DNA of 64,000 nucleotides from Flavobacteriaceae bacterium (GTDB lineage: Bacteria > Bacteroidota > Bacteroidia > Flavobacteriales > Flavobacteriaceae): positions 2,423 to 66,422 of the forward strand of contig JASFZG010000016.1 in assembly GCA_046055745.1 (NCBI GenBank), in the 5' to 3' direction. The notes beneath the pieces were generated by a model. The model did no database searches, was not told the origin of the DNA, and worked only from the letters and a program-made list of their open reading frames with translations. The position numbers were made by a program, and so were the translations under genes. The stretch's first letter is position 1; the number at the start of each line of letters is the position of its first letter. This document shows, one piece after another, positions 29,769-40,547 of this stretch.

Positions 29769-32100
29769 AAATTATCGTGGAAGAATAGGAAAAAAGATAC
29801 TTATTACAGATTTAATGTCAGCAAAAGTATTTAAAAGCAAAAACAAGGAACATTCTTGGGAAAATCGTGAATACCCCGAATTTGATGATAATTTTATATG
29901 TATTTCAAAAGATGGGACATTAGGCGAAATTTTCCTTATTGACAATCTATACGTAGGTCTTCCAAGCCAAACAATAAAAGGAAAAGATGTTTATACAGAT
30001 AATAATGGTAATGAAGTTATAACATACTTCGATAAAGAAATCTTAAATGACGGGCTTACCGGTAAACAAGCTAAATGGAAAAGAGATAGTTCTCGTCCTG
30101 TTGAATTTGAAGACCTTTGGTTTGAATACAAAGGAAAAATGGCTAATGAAAAAGCAGGTACTAAAAGACAAATAGTTAGGAATGACTTTGTAAGAAAAAG
30201 AAATAAGCTTGTAAAAGAAAACATTGACTATATAGACTTAGAATTTAATAAAAGAAAACACGGTATTTTCGTCAAAATAGACAATGACATTCACTATTTA
30301 ACAGGTTCAAATTGGATGTTCTTAGAGCATTATTACCTGACTGAAAGTGATATTTACCCTAATTTTAGATTAACGCAAACAGAAGCTTATTGGCATTGGG
30401 AAGCTTGTGTTGCAGATACAAGATGTTGGGGAGAAATGAGAGGCAAAGGGCGTAGAACAAGTTGGTCAGTAGAATCATCTTCTTTAGCTCTTGATATGTT
30501 TACTAAAACAAAGTATGCTAAAATTCCAATCGTTTCTGAGCGAAAAGACCTTGCACAAGAATTATTTATTGATAAAATCGTAAAATCTTTTGAGTATTAT
30601 CCAATATATTTCAAACCATTAATAATTCTTCCTAATGACGAACCACAAAACACATTAAGTATTACCCACGAAACAAAACGTAGAGAAAGTGGGAAAATAA
30701 CTTATTATCCAACAAAAACAACCGCATACGATAGTACAAAAGTTAAGTTCCTTTCTATAAACGATGAAATCGGAAAATGGTTAGATGAATCTTTAATCGA
30801 CTTTGTTTCAAGACACTCAAAATGCCATACAGAAGGTAATGGAAAAGGACGTTTTGGAAGTACAGCAGGAGAATATTTTAAAGGAGGTGGAGAGGAATTT
30901 GAAATTGAATATAAATCGGCTGATCCACAAAAAAGGAACTCTATTACTGGAAGAACTGAAAATGGACTTGTAAATTTCTTTATTGATATTTGTTATACAA
31001 TGACAGAGCCAATGAATTTCTTTGACGAGTGGGGATATTCAATAGTTCACGACCCCGAAGAGCCTATTTTAAATGAATTTGGAAAGATAATTGAAGTTGG
31101 AGCTATTACATTTTGGAACGCAACATTTGATACTTTAAAAAAGGCAGGGGAAAAGAAAAAACTTAATGGTTTTCTTAGAGATGCACCAAGAAAAATAGAA
31201 CACATGTTCAGAAATGAAGGTGGAGTAAATAATGATTTTGATATTGACAACTTAAATAATCACGCAGACTATCTAAACGGATTTACTCACGATATGCTTG
31301 CAGAAAGCACCATATTTAGAGGGAATTTAGCTTTTAAAGGAGAGAAATTTAATTCCGATGTAGAGTGGATTCCGCACCCAAAAGGAAAATTCAAAACTAC
31401 TTGGATTCCCGACCCTGATAGACAGAATAAATTTAACGAAAAGGAGTTTCACGGAAAAAAAATAAATATGCCTGACAATGACAATGTTGGAAATTTTGGC
31501 GTAGATAGTTACGATATTATCGGGAACACCGGAGATGGTAACGGCTCAGATGGAGCTATTGCAGGGTATTCAAAATTCAATATGGTTGGTTGCCCTAGTC
31601 ATTCATTTTTTATGATATATAAAGAACGTCCTGACCAACGTAATGATTTTTATGACGATGTTATTATGGCTTGTCAGTTTTGGGGAATGTCGGCACTTGT
31701 AGAAAGCAATAAAGCACGACTTTTAGAGTATATGTACGACAATGGATATACAGGCTATGCGCTAAGAAGACAAGACAAAAAATGGAAAGATTTACACGAA
31801 GCAGAAAAAATATGGGGCGGTATTCCGAGTTCAACACCTGTTATTGAAGATCAGGCAAATTTACTCAAAACATACATTTTCAATAATATTGGCGGAGACA
31901 ACCTATCTACAGATTGTAAGGTTTGGTTTTCTGAACTTATTAAGGAATGGACTAACTTTAATTTACAGAAAAGAAAGTTATTTGATTTAGGAGTAGCATC
32001 AGGTATGGCGATAATGGGTTCGCAGTATCGAGTAAAAAAACGAAAAGTATTTAAAGGTATAATTAAAGGCGGAGTTTCTAAAAGAAGTTTTAGTGCTTAA
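29761..32100 (+). CDS. terL: terminase large subunit
   Basis: KGRRTSWS Walker A variant, INDEIGKW Walker B, GST coupling motif, FGVDSYD nuclease motif, LVESNK, FDLGVASG. Confidence 0.9.
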   Translation: MDKNYRGRIGKKILITDLMSAKVFKSKNKEHSWENREYPEFDDNFICISKDGTLGEIFLIDNLYVGLPSQTIKGKDVYTDNNGNEVITYFDKEILNDGLTGKQAKWKRDSSRPVEFEDLWFEYKGKMANEKAGTKRQIVRNDFVRKRNKLVKENIDYIDLEFNKRKHGIFVKIDNDIHYLTGSNWMFLEHYYLTESDIYPNFRLTQTEAYWHWEACVADTRCWGEMRGKGRRTSWSVESSSLALDMFTKTKYAKIPIVSERKDLAQELFIDKIVKSFEYYPIYFKPLIILPNDEPQNTLSITHETKRRESGKITYYPTKTTAYDSTKVKFLSINDEIGKWLDESLIDFVSRHSKCHTEGNGKGRFGSTAGEYFKGGGEEFEIEYKSADPQKRNSITGRTENGLVNFFIDICYTMTEPMNFFDEWGYSIVHDPEEPILNEFGKIIEVGAITFWNATFDTLKKAGEKKKLNGFLRDAPRKIEHMFRNEGGVNNDFDIDNLNNHADYLNGFTHDMLAESTIFRGNLAFKGEKFNSDVEWIPHPKGKFKTTWIPDPDRQNKFNEKEFHGKKINMPDNDNVGNFGVDSYDIIGNTGDGNGSDGAIAGYSKFNMVGCPSHSFFMIYKERPDQRNDFYDDVIMACQFWGMSALVESNKARLLEYMYDNGYTGYALRRQDKKWKDLHEAEKIWGGIPSSTPVIEDQANLLKTYIFNNIGGDNLSTDCKVWFSELIKEWTNFNLQKRKLFDLGVASGMAIMGSQYRVKKRKVFKGIIKGGVSKRSFSA

Positions 32101-32164
32101 CGCATTACTTTTAATAAGACTTAATTATATATTTTAATTTATATTTGCTTTAAGTAAAAAAAAT

Positions 32165-34585
32165 ATGTCTAATTTATACTATAATTTCCCAAGCGACTTA
32201 GCTTCAAATGTTGAAAAAAAAGATTTCGCATTTGGACAGCAAGTAGCAGAAGCACTTGATAACCAATGGTTTAACGGAAACCTGACAAGTAGAAGATATT
32301 GGATTGACTTAATGCGTTCTTATTCAAGGGGCGAACAAAGTTACTACCAATACAAAGATACTATTGAAGGTAAAAAAGATGAAAAGTCTTCCGATGTAGA
32401 TATGAAGACTCATAAAATAGACTACAAAACTTTAAAAATAATGCCGGTATTCAAGGCGATTATTACAAATTCTATTGATGAAAGTTTATTTAAGCCAAGA
32501 GCAGAAGCTATTGATATAACTGCCATAAACGAAAAAAGAGATTTTTTTAAAAAGTTAGATAAAAATTTCCACACACAAAGGATTGCTAGTATTATTGGAA
32601 AAGGTATAGGTGTAAATCTAACACCACCAAACTCTCCAAGAACAAAAGAAGAACTTGACGTTAAAAAAGTTGAGTACAAACCGCTAATTGAGATTGCACA
32701 AGAATTAACTATTGAAAATGTATTAAAGCTTGAAAAGTTTGAAACTGTAAAAAACAAAACAGATGAAGATTTATTTGATTTAGGGTTTTGCGTAATACGA
32801 CATTGGACTGACCCTTCAAGTGGTATTAAAATAAAATACACCGACCCTTATAATTTTATTCATAATGATTTCGAGTATGATGATGGCCGAGATATTCGAT
32901 ATGCCGGAGTAATGATTCAAGGAACTATTGCTGACATAGAAAAAGAAGCAGGAAGAGTCCTTAGACAAGATGAATTAAATGAAATAAAAAAATACTCATT
33001 ATCTTATCACGGAAGTAGCGAAGAATTTACTCCATATACTGCTGATGAAGATGGAGAAAGAACTTTTGAATACTTGTCATTTGCATATTTAACAAGAAGA
33101 GAGCGTATTCATAAAAAACTTCGAGGTAGAAATAAAACAGCAAGACTTATTGACCGTTCTGAGGACGGTTACGAACCTGACACTCCTAGTAAAAAAATAA
33201 CTACACCTTATAAAACTTGGTATGAAGGGATTTGGATTCCTTCGGCAAGAATATTAGTTAAATGGCAAGAATTAGAAAATCAAGTAGTGGACGGTGTTGA
33301 AAATCCAGTTTGCCCGTTCTTAATCGCTGCTCCAAACGTAAAAAAACTTTCTGAAAAAGGAGATATTAGATTTGATAGTGCTATTAATAGAACACTTCCT
33401 ATAATTGACGATTTACATAGAGATTGGTTCAAGTTCCAACAGTTAAAAATGGAACTTCGCCCAAATACTATCGAAATTGACACTAACGCTATTAATCAAG
33501 TTGCTTTAAACGGAGAAGTTATTTCTCCACAAGATATACTTGACTTGTTTTTTGGTAGAGGTTTATTGCTTAAAAGAGGATTTGATGAAGATGGCGAAGA
33601 AATAGCAAAAGCGATCACAGAAGTTGATGGAGGAATGAATAACACATCGTTAGTCTTTTTATCTAATGAATTTACGAACAATTATAACAGACTTCGGCAA
33701 TTATTAGGGATTAACGAACTTAAAGACGGAACAGCTCAACCAAACAATAGAACAGCAGTAACGGTTCAAAAATTATTATTAGCCAGTTCTAATAACGCCA
33801 CAAGCCACATAGTACGTTCTAGCTTTGAATTATCTTTAAGAGTTTGTGAGGCTGTTTCGTATAGATTGAAAGATATACTAAAAAACGACGAACTTAGAGA
33901 GCAATTTATAAGTGCCGTAGGTAGCACAAATGTTGAACTATTAGATGTTATTAAAGAAATTCCTGCTCATACATTTGGGATATACTTTGATTTTGAGCCT
34001 GATAATGAAGAGCGTGTTGCTTTTGAACAATCGCTTATTGCATCTTCTGAAAGAGGGGAAATTAATTCAGGGCAATACAATACCCTTCGTCAAATTCGTA
34101 ATGCTAAAAGTGCAATCAAACACTTGGAGTACGTTATTGATTTGAATAGAAAAAAAGCACAAGAAGAAAAGATACAAAATATCAAATTACAGGCAGAAGC
34201 TAACGCACAAACTAGCATTAAGACAGAACAAAGCAAACAGCAAACAAAAAAACAAGAAACTGACGATGAATTATTGATTTTGAGGGAAAAAGATAGGCTT
34301 GATGAAGAAAAATCTAGGCGTGATGCTATCGCTTCTGAATTTGCAAAGCAACTTGATCATAAAAGAAATATGGAACTTAAAAGATTAGAGGTTGTCGCAA
34401 AACAAAGTATTGCAGCCGAAGGAGAAAATCGTAAAGATGATAGAGTTGACAAGCAAGACACTAACGAGTCAAAAAAAATACATCAGCGTCAAAACAATAC
34501 AGCACCTATAGATTTTGAAAGTAAATTCACAGATATTTTCAATACAAAAACAACCGAAGAAAACATTAGACAACAAAACATATAA
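32165..34585 (+). CDS. portal protein
   Basis: 806 aa after terL; RSYSRGEQS, EIAQE, LGINELKDG motifs; C-terminal coiled barrel; promoter at 32140-32147. Confidence 0.8.
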   Translation: MSNLYYNFPSDLASNVEKKDFAFGQQVAEALDNQWFNGNLTSRRYWIDLMRSYSRGEQSYYQYKDTIEGKKDEKSSDVDMKTHKIDYKTLKIMPVFKAIITNSIDESLFKPRAEAIDITAINEKRDFFKKLDKNFHTQRIASIIGKGIGVNLTPPNSPRTKEELDVKKVEYKPLIEIAQELTIENVLKLEKFETVKNKTDEDLFDLGFCVIRHWTDPSSGIKIKYTDPYNFIHNDFEYDDGRDIRYAGVMIQGTIADIEKEAGRVLRQDELNEIKKYSLSYHGSSEEFTPYTADEDGERTFEYLSFAYLTRRERIHKKLRGRNKTARLIDRSEDGYEPDTPSKKITTPYKTWYEGIWIPSARILVKWQELENQVVDGVENPVCPFLIAAPNVKKLSEKGDIRFDSAINRTLPIIDDLHRDWFKFQQLKMELRPNTIEIDTNAINQVALNGEVISPQDILDLFFGRGLLLKRGFDEDGEEIAKAITEVDGGMNNTSLVFLSNEFTNNYNRLRQLLGINELKDGTAQPNNRTAVTVQKLLLASSNNATSHIVRSSFELSLRVCEAVSYRLKDILKNDELREQFISAVGSTNVELLDVIKEIPAHTFGIYFDFEPDNEERVAFEQSLIASSERGEINSGQYNTLRQIRNAKSAIKHLEYVIDLNRKKAQEEKIQNIKLQAEANAQTSIKTEQSKQQTKKQETDDELLILREKDRLDEEKSRRDAIASEFAKQLDHKRNMELKRLEVVAKQSIAAEGENRKDDRVDKQDTNESKKIHQRQNNTAPIDFESKFTDIFNTKTTEENIRQQNI

Positions 34586-34601
34586 ATTAAAAATAAATAT
34601 T

Positions 34602-35306
34602 ATGTCACGAAAAATATTAATTGAACCAAAGAAGATTACAACTTGGGATTCAGCAACTCCAACTTTAAAGTTAATAGATTCCTATTCAGATGGTGTATCT
34701 ATAAAGTATGATCCGGTAAATAAATTAATTTCATTTATTACTAATTATAAAAAATCAACAGTTTTTTACATTAATGATTTTACAGAATTAGATAATGTTT
34801 ATGGAACTACAGATTTAGAAGGATTTGTTAATCATATAATTGATAACAATTTTTTTAAGTCGGCATCGGGAGGTAGCGATGCTTTTGTTACATTAGATAC
34901 AGACCAAGAAATAACAGGTGTTAAGACATTTACAAAGCTTTTAACAGCACAAGGCTACAAGACACCCGAAAACGACCCTAATAAGGCTTTGTTTAGTGAT
35001 GGTTCGGTAGGAAAAGTAAAAGGTAAATTCCAAGAGGTAGCATCAGTAACAGGAAATTACGCAATAGACTATGACACAGACGACGAAGATTTAACCCTTA
35101 CAGGAGCAACAACATTCACAGAAAGCAACATACCAACGGCAACTCAAAGTGTAGTAGCAACAAGATATGTAACAGGAAACTTTGGATTAACATTCCCTGC
35201 AACGTGGACAACAATTATAGGTACTTATGATGGTACTGTATTAAATCAAATTGTAATACACAGAAAAGGAAATGGAACAGCGTGGGTAACAATAACACAA
35301 GAATAA
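34602..35306 (+). CDS. tail fibre / fibre-base protein
   Basis: FVTLDTDQEITGVKTF fibre repeat; Thr-rich beta C-terminus. Confidence 0.6.
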   Translation: MSRKILIEPKKITTWDSATPTLKLIDSYSDGVSIKYDPVNKLISFITNYKKSTVFYINDFTELDNVYGTTDLEGFVNHIIDNNFFKSASGGSDAFVTLDTDQEITGVKTFTKLLTAQGYKTPENDPNKALFSDGSVGKVKGKFQEVASVTGNYAIDYDTDDEDLTLTGATTFTESNIPTATQSVVATRYVTGNFGLTFPATWTTIIGTYDGTVLNQIVIHRKGNGTAWVTITQE

Positions 35307-35310
35307 TAAT

Positions 35311-36585
35311 ATGAGGGCAGCACTTTTATTTCAGGGGGTTAGAACTTTAGGTTCAAATGTATTAGCTTTTATAGCAAGGGTAACGGCTGATGGAGCGACT
35401 TTAATAACTAATATTCCTTTTGTAAATTGGAATTTAAAAAGGTTAAAAGGAGACGAAGGAATATTAATGATTCCTAGTGCTGTTAAACCAACTGTATTGT
35501 ATAATCAGATACCTGATATTCCTCCCGCTGACTTTACTGTATCAAGACCATTTCCAACAACATATACAGATGAAAACGGTATTCTTCAAACTGCTCCTAA
35601 TAATGTAGCAAGAGTAGATTTTAGCGAGGGTACAGGAATTGGTAGTTTGTTGATTGAAGAAGAGGGTACTAATTTGGTTACTCATAGTTTAGAATTGACC
35701 CCTTATTTTCAACTTGATTCGGGGATTGTAAAAACTCTAAATTATGGTATTAGCCCAGATGGAACAAATAACTCAACAAGATTAGTATATCCAAGTATAA
35801 ATAAAGGGTGCTATAAATCACTTATACAGAGTGAATCTTCTTTTTCTATGTGGGTAAAAGGTGTTGCTGGTGAAACTATTTTTATAGGTGATTATGTTAA
35901 TACAGTAGGAGAACTCACTATATTGACAGGAGATTGGCAACGTGTAGTTAAAATCTTTGAAAGTACTACTTTACAAATATCTACTAGATTTAATTCAACA
36001 GCCTTAGATATTGAAGTGTATGGGGTACAATTTGAGATAGGTTCAATAGCTACTTCATACATCAAAACAGAAGGCACAACAGTAACAAGACCACCAGACC
36101 AAATAACAAACGGTGGTGCTTCACAAGATATAGATTCAGAAAATGGAGCATTCATTATAGAGTCTAAAGCCTTAGCAAGTACAGGAGTAACAAGACCAAT
36201 ACTTCTTACAGATTCCACAGGAGATAATAGAATTGAAATATCTTATGGACTTACTAACATAGTCAATGTAGTTGCTCATAAAGGAGGTGAAATTATAACT
36301 AAAGTATCGTTTGAAGTTACAGATGTTACCGAGTTTATAAAGGTAGGAGTAAGGTATCAAGTAACTGGACTATCAGTTTGGATAGCAGGAACTAAAGTAT
36401 ATGAAGATTTAACCTTTGTTTCTTATGCTCCTAATACACTATCTACTGTTAGATATATGGACTTTGATGGTAATGTATTTGCAAGTAGAGTAAATGCTAC
36501 GAGAGTACTAAAAGGAGTTGTTTTAGATAGTGAAATGATTGATAGAACACAAGGTACTAATGTAGTGGTTAGTCAGCCTATTTAG
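35311..36585 (+). CDS. tail fibre/head-spike-like protein with carbohydrate-binding and LamG-like domains
   Basis: LLIEEEGTNL and GVQFEIGSIATSYIKT..TTVTRPPD motifs. Confidence 0.7.
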   Translation: MRAALLFQGVRTLGSNVLAFIARVTADGATLITNIPFVNWNLKRLKGDEGILMIPSAVKPTVLYNQIPDIPPADFTVSRPFPTTYTDENGILQTAPNNVARVDFSEGTGIGSLLIEEEGTNLVTHSLELTPYFQLDSGIVKTLNYGISPDGTNNSTRLVYPSINKGCYKSLIQSESSFSMWVKGVAGETIFIGDYVNTVGELTILTGDWQRVVKIFESTTLQISTRFNSTALDIEVYGVQFEIGSIATSYIKTEGTTVTRPPDQITNGGASQDIDSENGAFIIESKALASTGVTRPILLTDSTGDNRIEISYGLTNIVNVVAHKGGEIITKVSFEVTDVTEFIKVGVRYQVTGLSVWIAGTKVYEDLTFVSYAPNTLSTVRYMDFDGNVFASRVNATRVLKGVVLDSEMIDRTQGTNVVVSQPI

Positions 36586-36594
36586 GTTAGTGGT

Positions 36595-37224
36595 TTGGTT
36601 ATGGATGGTGCTTTCAGTATGATAGTAACAGGAACAGGTCAGATTGATTGGGGGGATGGTAGTGCTTTGGAGAGTTATAGTACAGTTTCTACAGTGGTGT
36701 TGAGCCATACTTATTCTTCATTTGATGGGGATATTAAGTTTTATGGAACACTTACTTATATTACTTTTGATACATTAAATTCTACTATTCATCACGATAT
36801 AAGCTTGCTACCAAAAGAACTTGAACACTACCGCCTCTCAAAAAATAATACCGTTTATGGGGATATAGCTAATCTACCAAGTACACTAGATTATTTTCTA
36901 TGTTTTGGTGCTAACACTACACACGGAGATATAGCTAATCTACCAAGTGGGTTGCTTCAGTATTATAATATTGGGCTTAATGAGGTAAGTCAATATACAG
37001 CAGGACACGTTTTTGATAGTGCAATTAATCAGTTTTATTCTAAACCAACAACAGGATTTGGACTAGACACCACAGAAATAGATAACCTACTGATAGATTT
37101 AGAAGCAAGCGGAATGAGTACTGGAACTATTACATTATCAGGTAACAATGCACCACGTTCAGCAGCATCAGATACAGCAGTTAATAGTTTAGTAGCAAAA
37201 GGCGTAACAGTAACAACATCTTAA
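36595..37224 (+). CDS. LRR-like receptor-binding module, in frame with the upstream gene across a single TAG
   Basis: IDWGDG, GDIANLPS repeats, IDNLLIDL...LVAKGVTVTT. Confidence 0.6.
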   Translation: MVMDGAFSMIVTGTGQIDWGDGSALESYSTVSTVVLSHTYSSFDGDIKFYGTLTYITFDTLNSTIHHDISLLPKELEHYRLSKNNTVYGDIANLPSTLDYFLCFGANTTHGDIANLPSGLLQYYNIGLNEVSQYTAGHVFDSAINQFYSKPTTGFGLDTTEIDNLLIDLEASGMSTGTITLSGNNAPRSAASDTAVNSLVAKGVTVTTS

Positions 37225-37403
37225 GATATGAAGGATATACGAGTAAACAACGAAATAGTAATTGTCAATGATTCAGTTACAGAAGAAGAGATTATAAACG
37301 AGGTAATGGAATCAGCGAGAGTTGAAACTAACCACGATATATTTGTAGGAGGACTTTTAATTAATAAAAAGTCTAAAGTTAAAAAACCAAAATCTAATAA
37401 AAA

Positions 37404-37724
37404 ATGAAAACGATAATAGCACTACTATTATTCACATCTTTGTCTTATGGTCAATTTATACCAAAGGATAAACAAATACACCTAGCAGCAGGTGGCGTAA
37501 TATCAGGAGTATCTTATTTGTTTTTTTACGACATCACAAAAGACAAAAAGAAAGCCTTTTATTTTAGTCTTGGAACAGCTACACTTGCAGGAGTAGGTAA
37601 GGAAGTTTTAGATAGCACTAAAGAAGGTAATAAGTTTGATATTAATGATTTAGCTTTTACAATTATAGGAGGTTTGACGGTTGTTATTCCTTTTGATTTA
37701 TTTTTTAAGAACAAGAAATTATGA
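37404..37724 (+). CDS. YfiM-like membrane protein
   Basis: Signal peptide, DKQIH...GVGKE..D...DLAF. Confidence 0.6.
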   Translation: MKTIIALLLFTSLSYGQFIPKDKQIHLAAGGVISGVSYLFFYDITKDKKKAFYFSLGTATLAGVGKEVLDSTKEGNKFDINDLAFTIIGGLTVVIPFDLFFKNKKL

Positions 37725-37784
37725 AATTTAAAGAGACGTGTTTAGGTAAGTTTTTCAAACAAGCCTTATTGAAAGGATATTAAA

Positions 37785-38219
37785 ATGTACACACTTGACA
37801 ATATTTATGAATTATCAAAACTTAACAACCCTGTTAAGCGTAGTAAAGTAATCGATAAAAAAGGTGTTTACATTCTTTTGGAAGATGTTATGGTACAGAT
37901 TTCTAATGGAGATATAATTAATATTAAAAAAGGCTTTGAATGGGATTTGGCAAGTGTACCTCAATTTGTTCAGAATATTATTCGGGAAAGTGGCGATGAT
38001 GATATTGCATATTTGATACACGATTACTTATATGTGAACAAACCATATTCAAGAAAGTTCTCAGATCAGGAAATGTTAAAGTGGGCTAAAGCAATGAAAG
38101 GAACTAAAAAATGGAGCTTTAGAAATTGGGATATTAAAACTCGCTATTATGTTGTAAGAGCATTTGGAGGTATTGTTTGGAATAAAGGCTTAAAAAAGAA
38201 GAAAAAATGGTTAATTTAA
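37785..38219 (+). CDS. DUF1353 family protein
   Basis: KGFEWDLASVP...IHDYLY...YYVVRAFG. Confidence 0.85.
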   Translation: MYTLDNIYELSKLNNPVKRSKVIDKKGVYILLEDVMVQISNGDIINIKKGFEWDLASVPQFVQNIIRESGDDDIAYLIHDYLYVNKPYSRKFSDQEMLKWAKAMKGTKKWSFRNWDIKTRYYVVRAFGGIVWNKGLKKKKKWLI

Positions 38220-38416
38220 TTGAAAAGGTAATGGTAAAAGGAGTGTTTATATACGTTTCTGCAATTAGCCTTATAAGAACAACATTAGAAGAAAACGGAA
38301 ACCCCAGTTTTGGTTTAATATTATTGTTATGTGTATCGTCTTTTGTTTTTGCATACGGAATTTATTCCCTCAGAAAAGACATACTTAAATACCTAAGAAA
38401 AAGAAATGGATTATGA
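38207..38416 (+). CDS. small membrane protein
   Basis: Two hydrophobic segments and a basic tail. Confidence 0.5.
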   Translation: MVNLIEKVMVKGVFIYVSAISLIRTTLEENGNPSFGLILLLCVSSFVFAYGIYSLRKDILKYLRKRNGL

Positions 38417-38762
38417 CTATAAAATTTTATTCATATCTTTTGTTACAGGAAGTGTAGGTGCTTTTGCACGCATATTTTCAGAAAAAGATAAAGGTAAAAT
38501 AAGTATTTCAAGAATAATATTTATTTACTTAACGTCAATAGTTACAAGTTATGGTGCATATGAAGCAACAGGATTTTGGGGAGGCAGAAAAATAATAGGA
38601 ATAATATCAATAATCGCAGGAATGGTTTCTGTAGATATTGTTCATATAATTATAACAAAAGTACCTTCTGCAATAGCACAACTGCCACAAATATTAGTTG
38701 AAATGATTAGAATTAAAGCAGGAGTAAACAATACTAAAAAAAGAGAAGATGAAAGTGTATGA
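38406..38762 (+). CDS. putative holin
   Basis: About three TM segments, in the lysis region. Confidence 0.55.
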   Translation: MDYDYKILFISFVTGSVGAFARIFSEKDKGKISISRIIFIYLTSIVTSYGAYEATGFWGGRKIIGIISIIAGMVSVDIVHIIITKVPSAIAQLPQILVEMIRIKAGVNNTKKREDESV

Positions 38763-39414
38763 TTTTTTAATAATAATGATCTTCGGAAGTAGCATCGTTT
38801 TATTAGCAGTTAGTTTTTTATACTTGCTTAGAAAACGAAAAGAAATTGAAATCTACGAATTTTGGGGCTTAGTAACCCCTACCACATTCTTGTTAGGAAG
38901 TTTATTAGTCAACTTAGATCGTATAGAACATATACCATATAAATTATTACTTACAACATTTGTAATGTCATATAGCTACCTAAACTTTAAACTTACAAGA
39001 AAGTTGACCAGAGATATTTACAGCCAAGCGATAAAAATTAATGCAATGTTTTATCAACCACACAAACACGTTGAAAAATTGTTTAGTCAAAAAAAAGAAA
39101 TTAACTATTCAGATTTAGAAAGCATTGAAATAAACGTTCCTATAATGTTAGCAAAAGGGATTGTTATAATGCGACTTAATTACCCATTTGAAGGACTACA
39201 ATTTAAAACTTGGATAAAAGAAGGGTGTGAATTTGAACCACATTTACATACCGATTGCTGCGAATTTATAAGCGTAATTAAAGGAGAATTAAAATGCAAA
39301 ATACAAGGCGTAAGTGTTCCGGAAGCCGAAATATTAATACTTCCTTCAAATATATTACACCACCCACATACAGAAATTTATACAGAATTATTAGTTTACT
39401 TTAAAAAAGAATAA
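38749..39414 (+). CDS. membrane protein with C-terminal cupin domain
   Basis: Three TM segments, then HLHTDCCE...G.L...P....HHP. Confidence 0.6.
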   Translation: MKVYDFLIIMIFGSSIVLLAVSFLYLLRKRKEIEIYEFWGLVTPTTFLLGSLLVNLDRIEHIPYKLLLTTFVMSYSYLNFKLTRKLTRDIYSQAIKINAMFYQPHKHVEKLFSQKKEINYSDLESIEINVPIMLAKGIVIMRLNYPFEGLQFKTWIKEGCEFEPHLHTDCCEFISVIKGELKCKIQGVSVPEAEILILPSNILHHPHTEIYTELLVYFKKE

Positions 39415-39428
39415 TTTATTTTTGAATT

Positions 39429-39686
39429 ATGGAACAAGAAAAAACAATAGATGAAAAATCATTTAGGCTTAATTTAAAAATAGCCGTTCCTTTTCTTGTT
39501 TCAATGTTATTTATTACAAATCTAGGTACTAGGTATATTACTATTCAAGAACAAAATTCTAAAGACATTATTTCTAATGATGAAACAGCTAAACGGAGAA
39601 TAAAAAATTCAGAAGAAAAAATTGCATTAGAACAAGAAATTGTAAGGCTTGAAGATAAATTAGAATACTGTAAAAATCATAAATAA
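39429..39686 (+). CDS. TM plus coiled-coil protein (lysis-associated)
   Basis: Single TM and coiled coil; abuts the endolysin. Confidence 0.5.
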   Translation: MEQEKTIDEKSFRLNLKIAVPFLVSMLFITNLGTRYITIQEQNSKDIISNDETAKRRIKNSEEKIALEQEIVRLEDKLEYCKNHK

Positions 39687-40198
39687 TGATACGAGATAAA
39701 AAAACTGAGGAAAGAATTAAAACTATTCATCCTGTACTACTTGATGAGTTACATTGTATTTATAATGATATTTGCGAACAAGTAAATTCTAAATATGTAC
39801 AAGTTCGTTTTAGCACTGTTTTTAGACCTGATGAAGAACAAGATAGACTTTATGCTAAAGGAAGAACTAAACCCGGAAGAAAAGTAACTTGGGTTAAAGC
39901 AGGAGGGTCATATCATAATTACGGTTTAGCAGTTGATATTGTATTGCTTATTGATAAAGATAAGAATGGTACTTTTGAGAGTGCTTCTTGGAATACTAAA
40001 TATGATGGGAATAATGATGGTATTGCTGATTGGTTAGAAGTTGTAGGTATCTTTAATGCTTATGGATGGCGTTGGGGATTATTCAATAAGAAAGGAAAGC
40101 GATATGACTTACCACATTTCCAAAAGAGTATGGGTTATAAAACTAAGGAATTAAAACAATTACCAAAAGATGAAAAAGGGTACGTCATTTTTAAGTAG
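39686..40198 (+). CDS. endolysin, M15 family (L-Ala-D-Glu peptidase-like)
   Basis: FR..EEQ..LYAKGRT, SYHNYGLAVD, DLPHFQ. Confidence 0.9.
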   Translation: MIRDKKTEERIKTIHPVLLDELHCIYNDICEQVNSKYVQVRFSTVFRPDEEQDRLYAKGRTKPGRKVTWVKAGGSYHNYGLAVDIVLLIDKDKNGTFESASWNTKYDGNNDGIADWLEVVGIFNAYGWRWGLFNKKGKRYDLPHFQKSMGYKTKELKQLPKDEKGYVIFK

Positions 40199-40547
40199 AG
40201 AAATAAAGCTTCCTAACTGGTTGTTGGGGGTAGTAGTTATTCTAATTATTGTTTTAATAGCTACAGGAAGCACTTACACCTATTCGGAATTTAAGTCGCT
40301 TAAAAGCTCTTATTCTGATTCTTTAAAAGTTAGAGATAAAAGAGTTGAATTATTAGAATTAACAATAGAGAATGCAAATAATTTTGAAGATACTGAAACT
40401 GTAAAAACAAAGACTTATTGGAAAGAGTATCTTCGTGAACGTAAACTTAGAAAAGATGCTGAAAACAATTTATTTATTTATCGTAATTATACTCGGAAGT
40501 ATATCGATAGCTTCCTCTCAAACTACAAGTTTAGAAGAACTCAATAA
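40170..40547 (+). CDS. spanin-like inner-membrane protein
   Basis: N-terminal TM plus coiled coil after the endolysin. Confidence 0.45.
   Translation: MKKGTSFLSREIKLPNWLLGVVVILIIVLIATGSTYTYSEFKSLKSSYSDSLKVRDKRVELLELTIENANNFEDTETVKTKTYWKEYLRERKLRKDAENNLFIYRNYTRKYIDSFLSNYKFRRTQ

Noticed and set aside
20994-33681. Many antisense ORFs of 60-140 aa inside the giant, terminase and portal genes
   Set aside because: Ser/Phe/Leu-rich shadows of Lys/Glu-rich sense codons.
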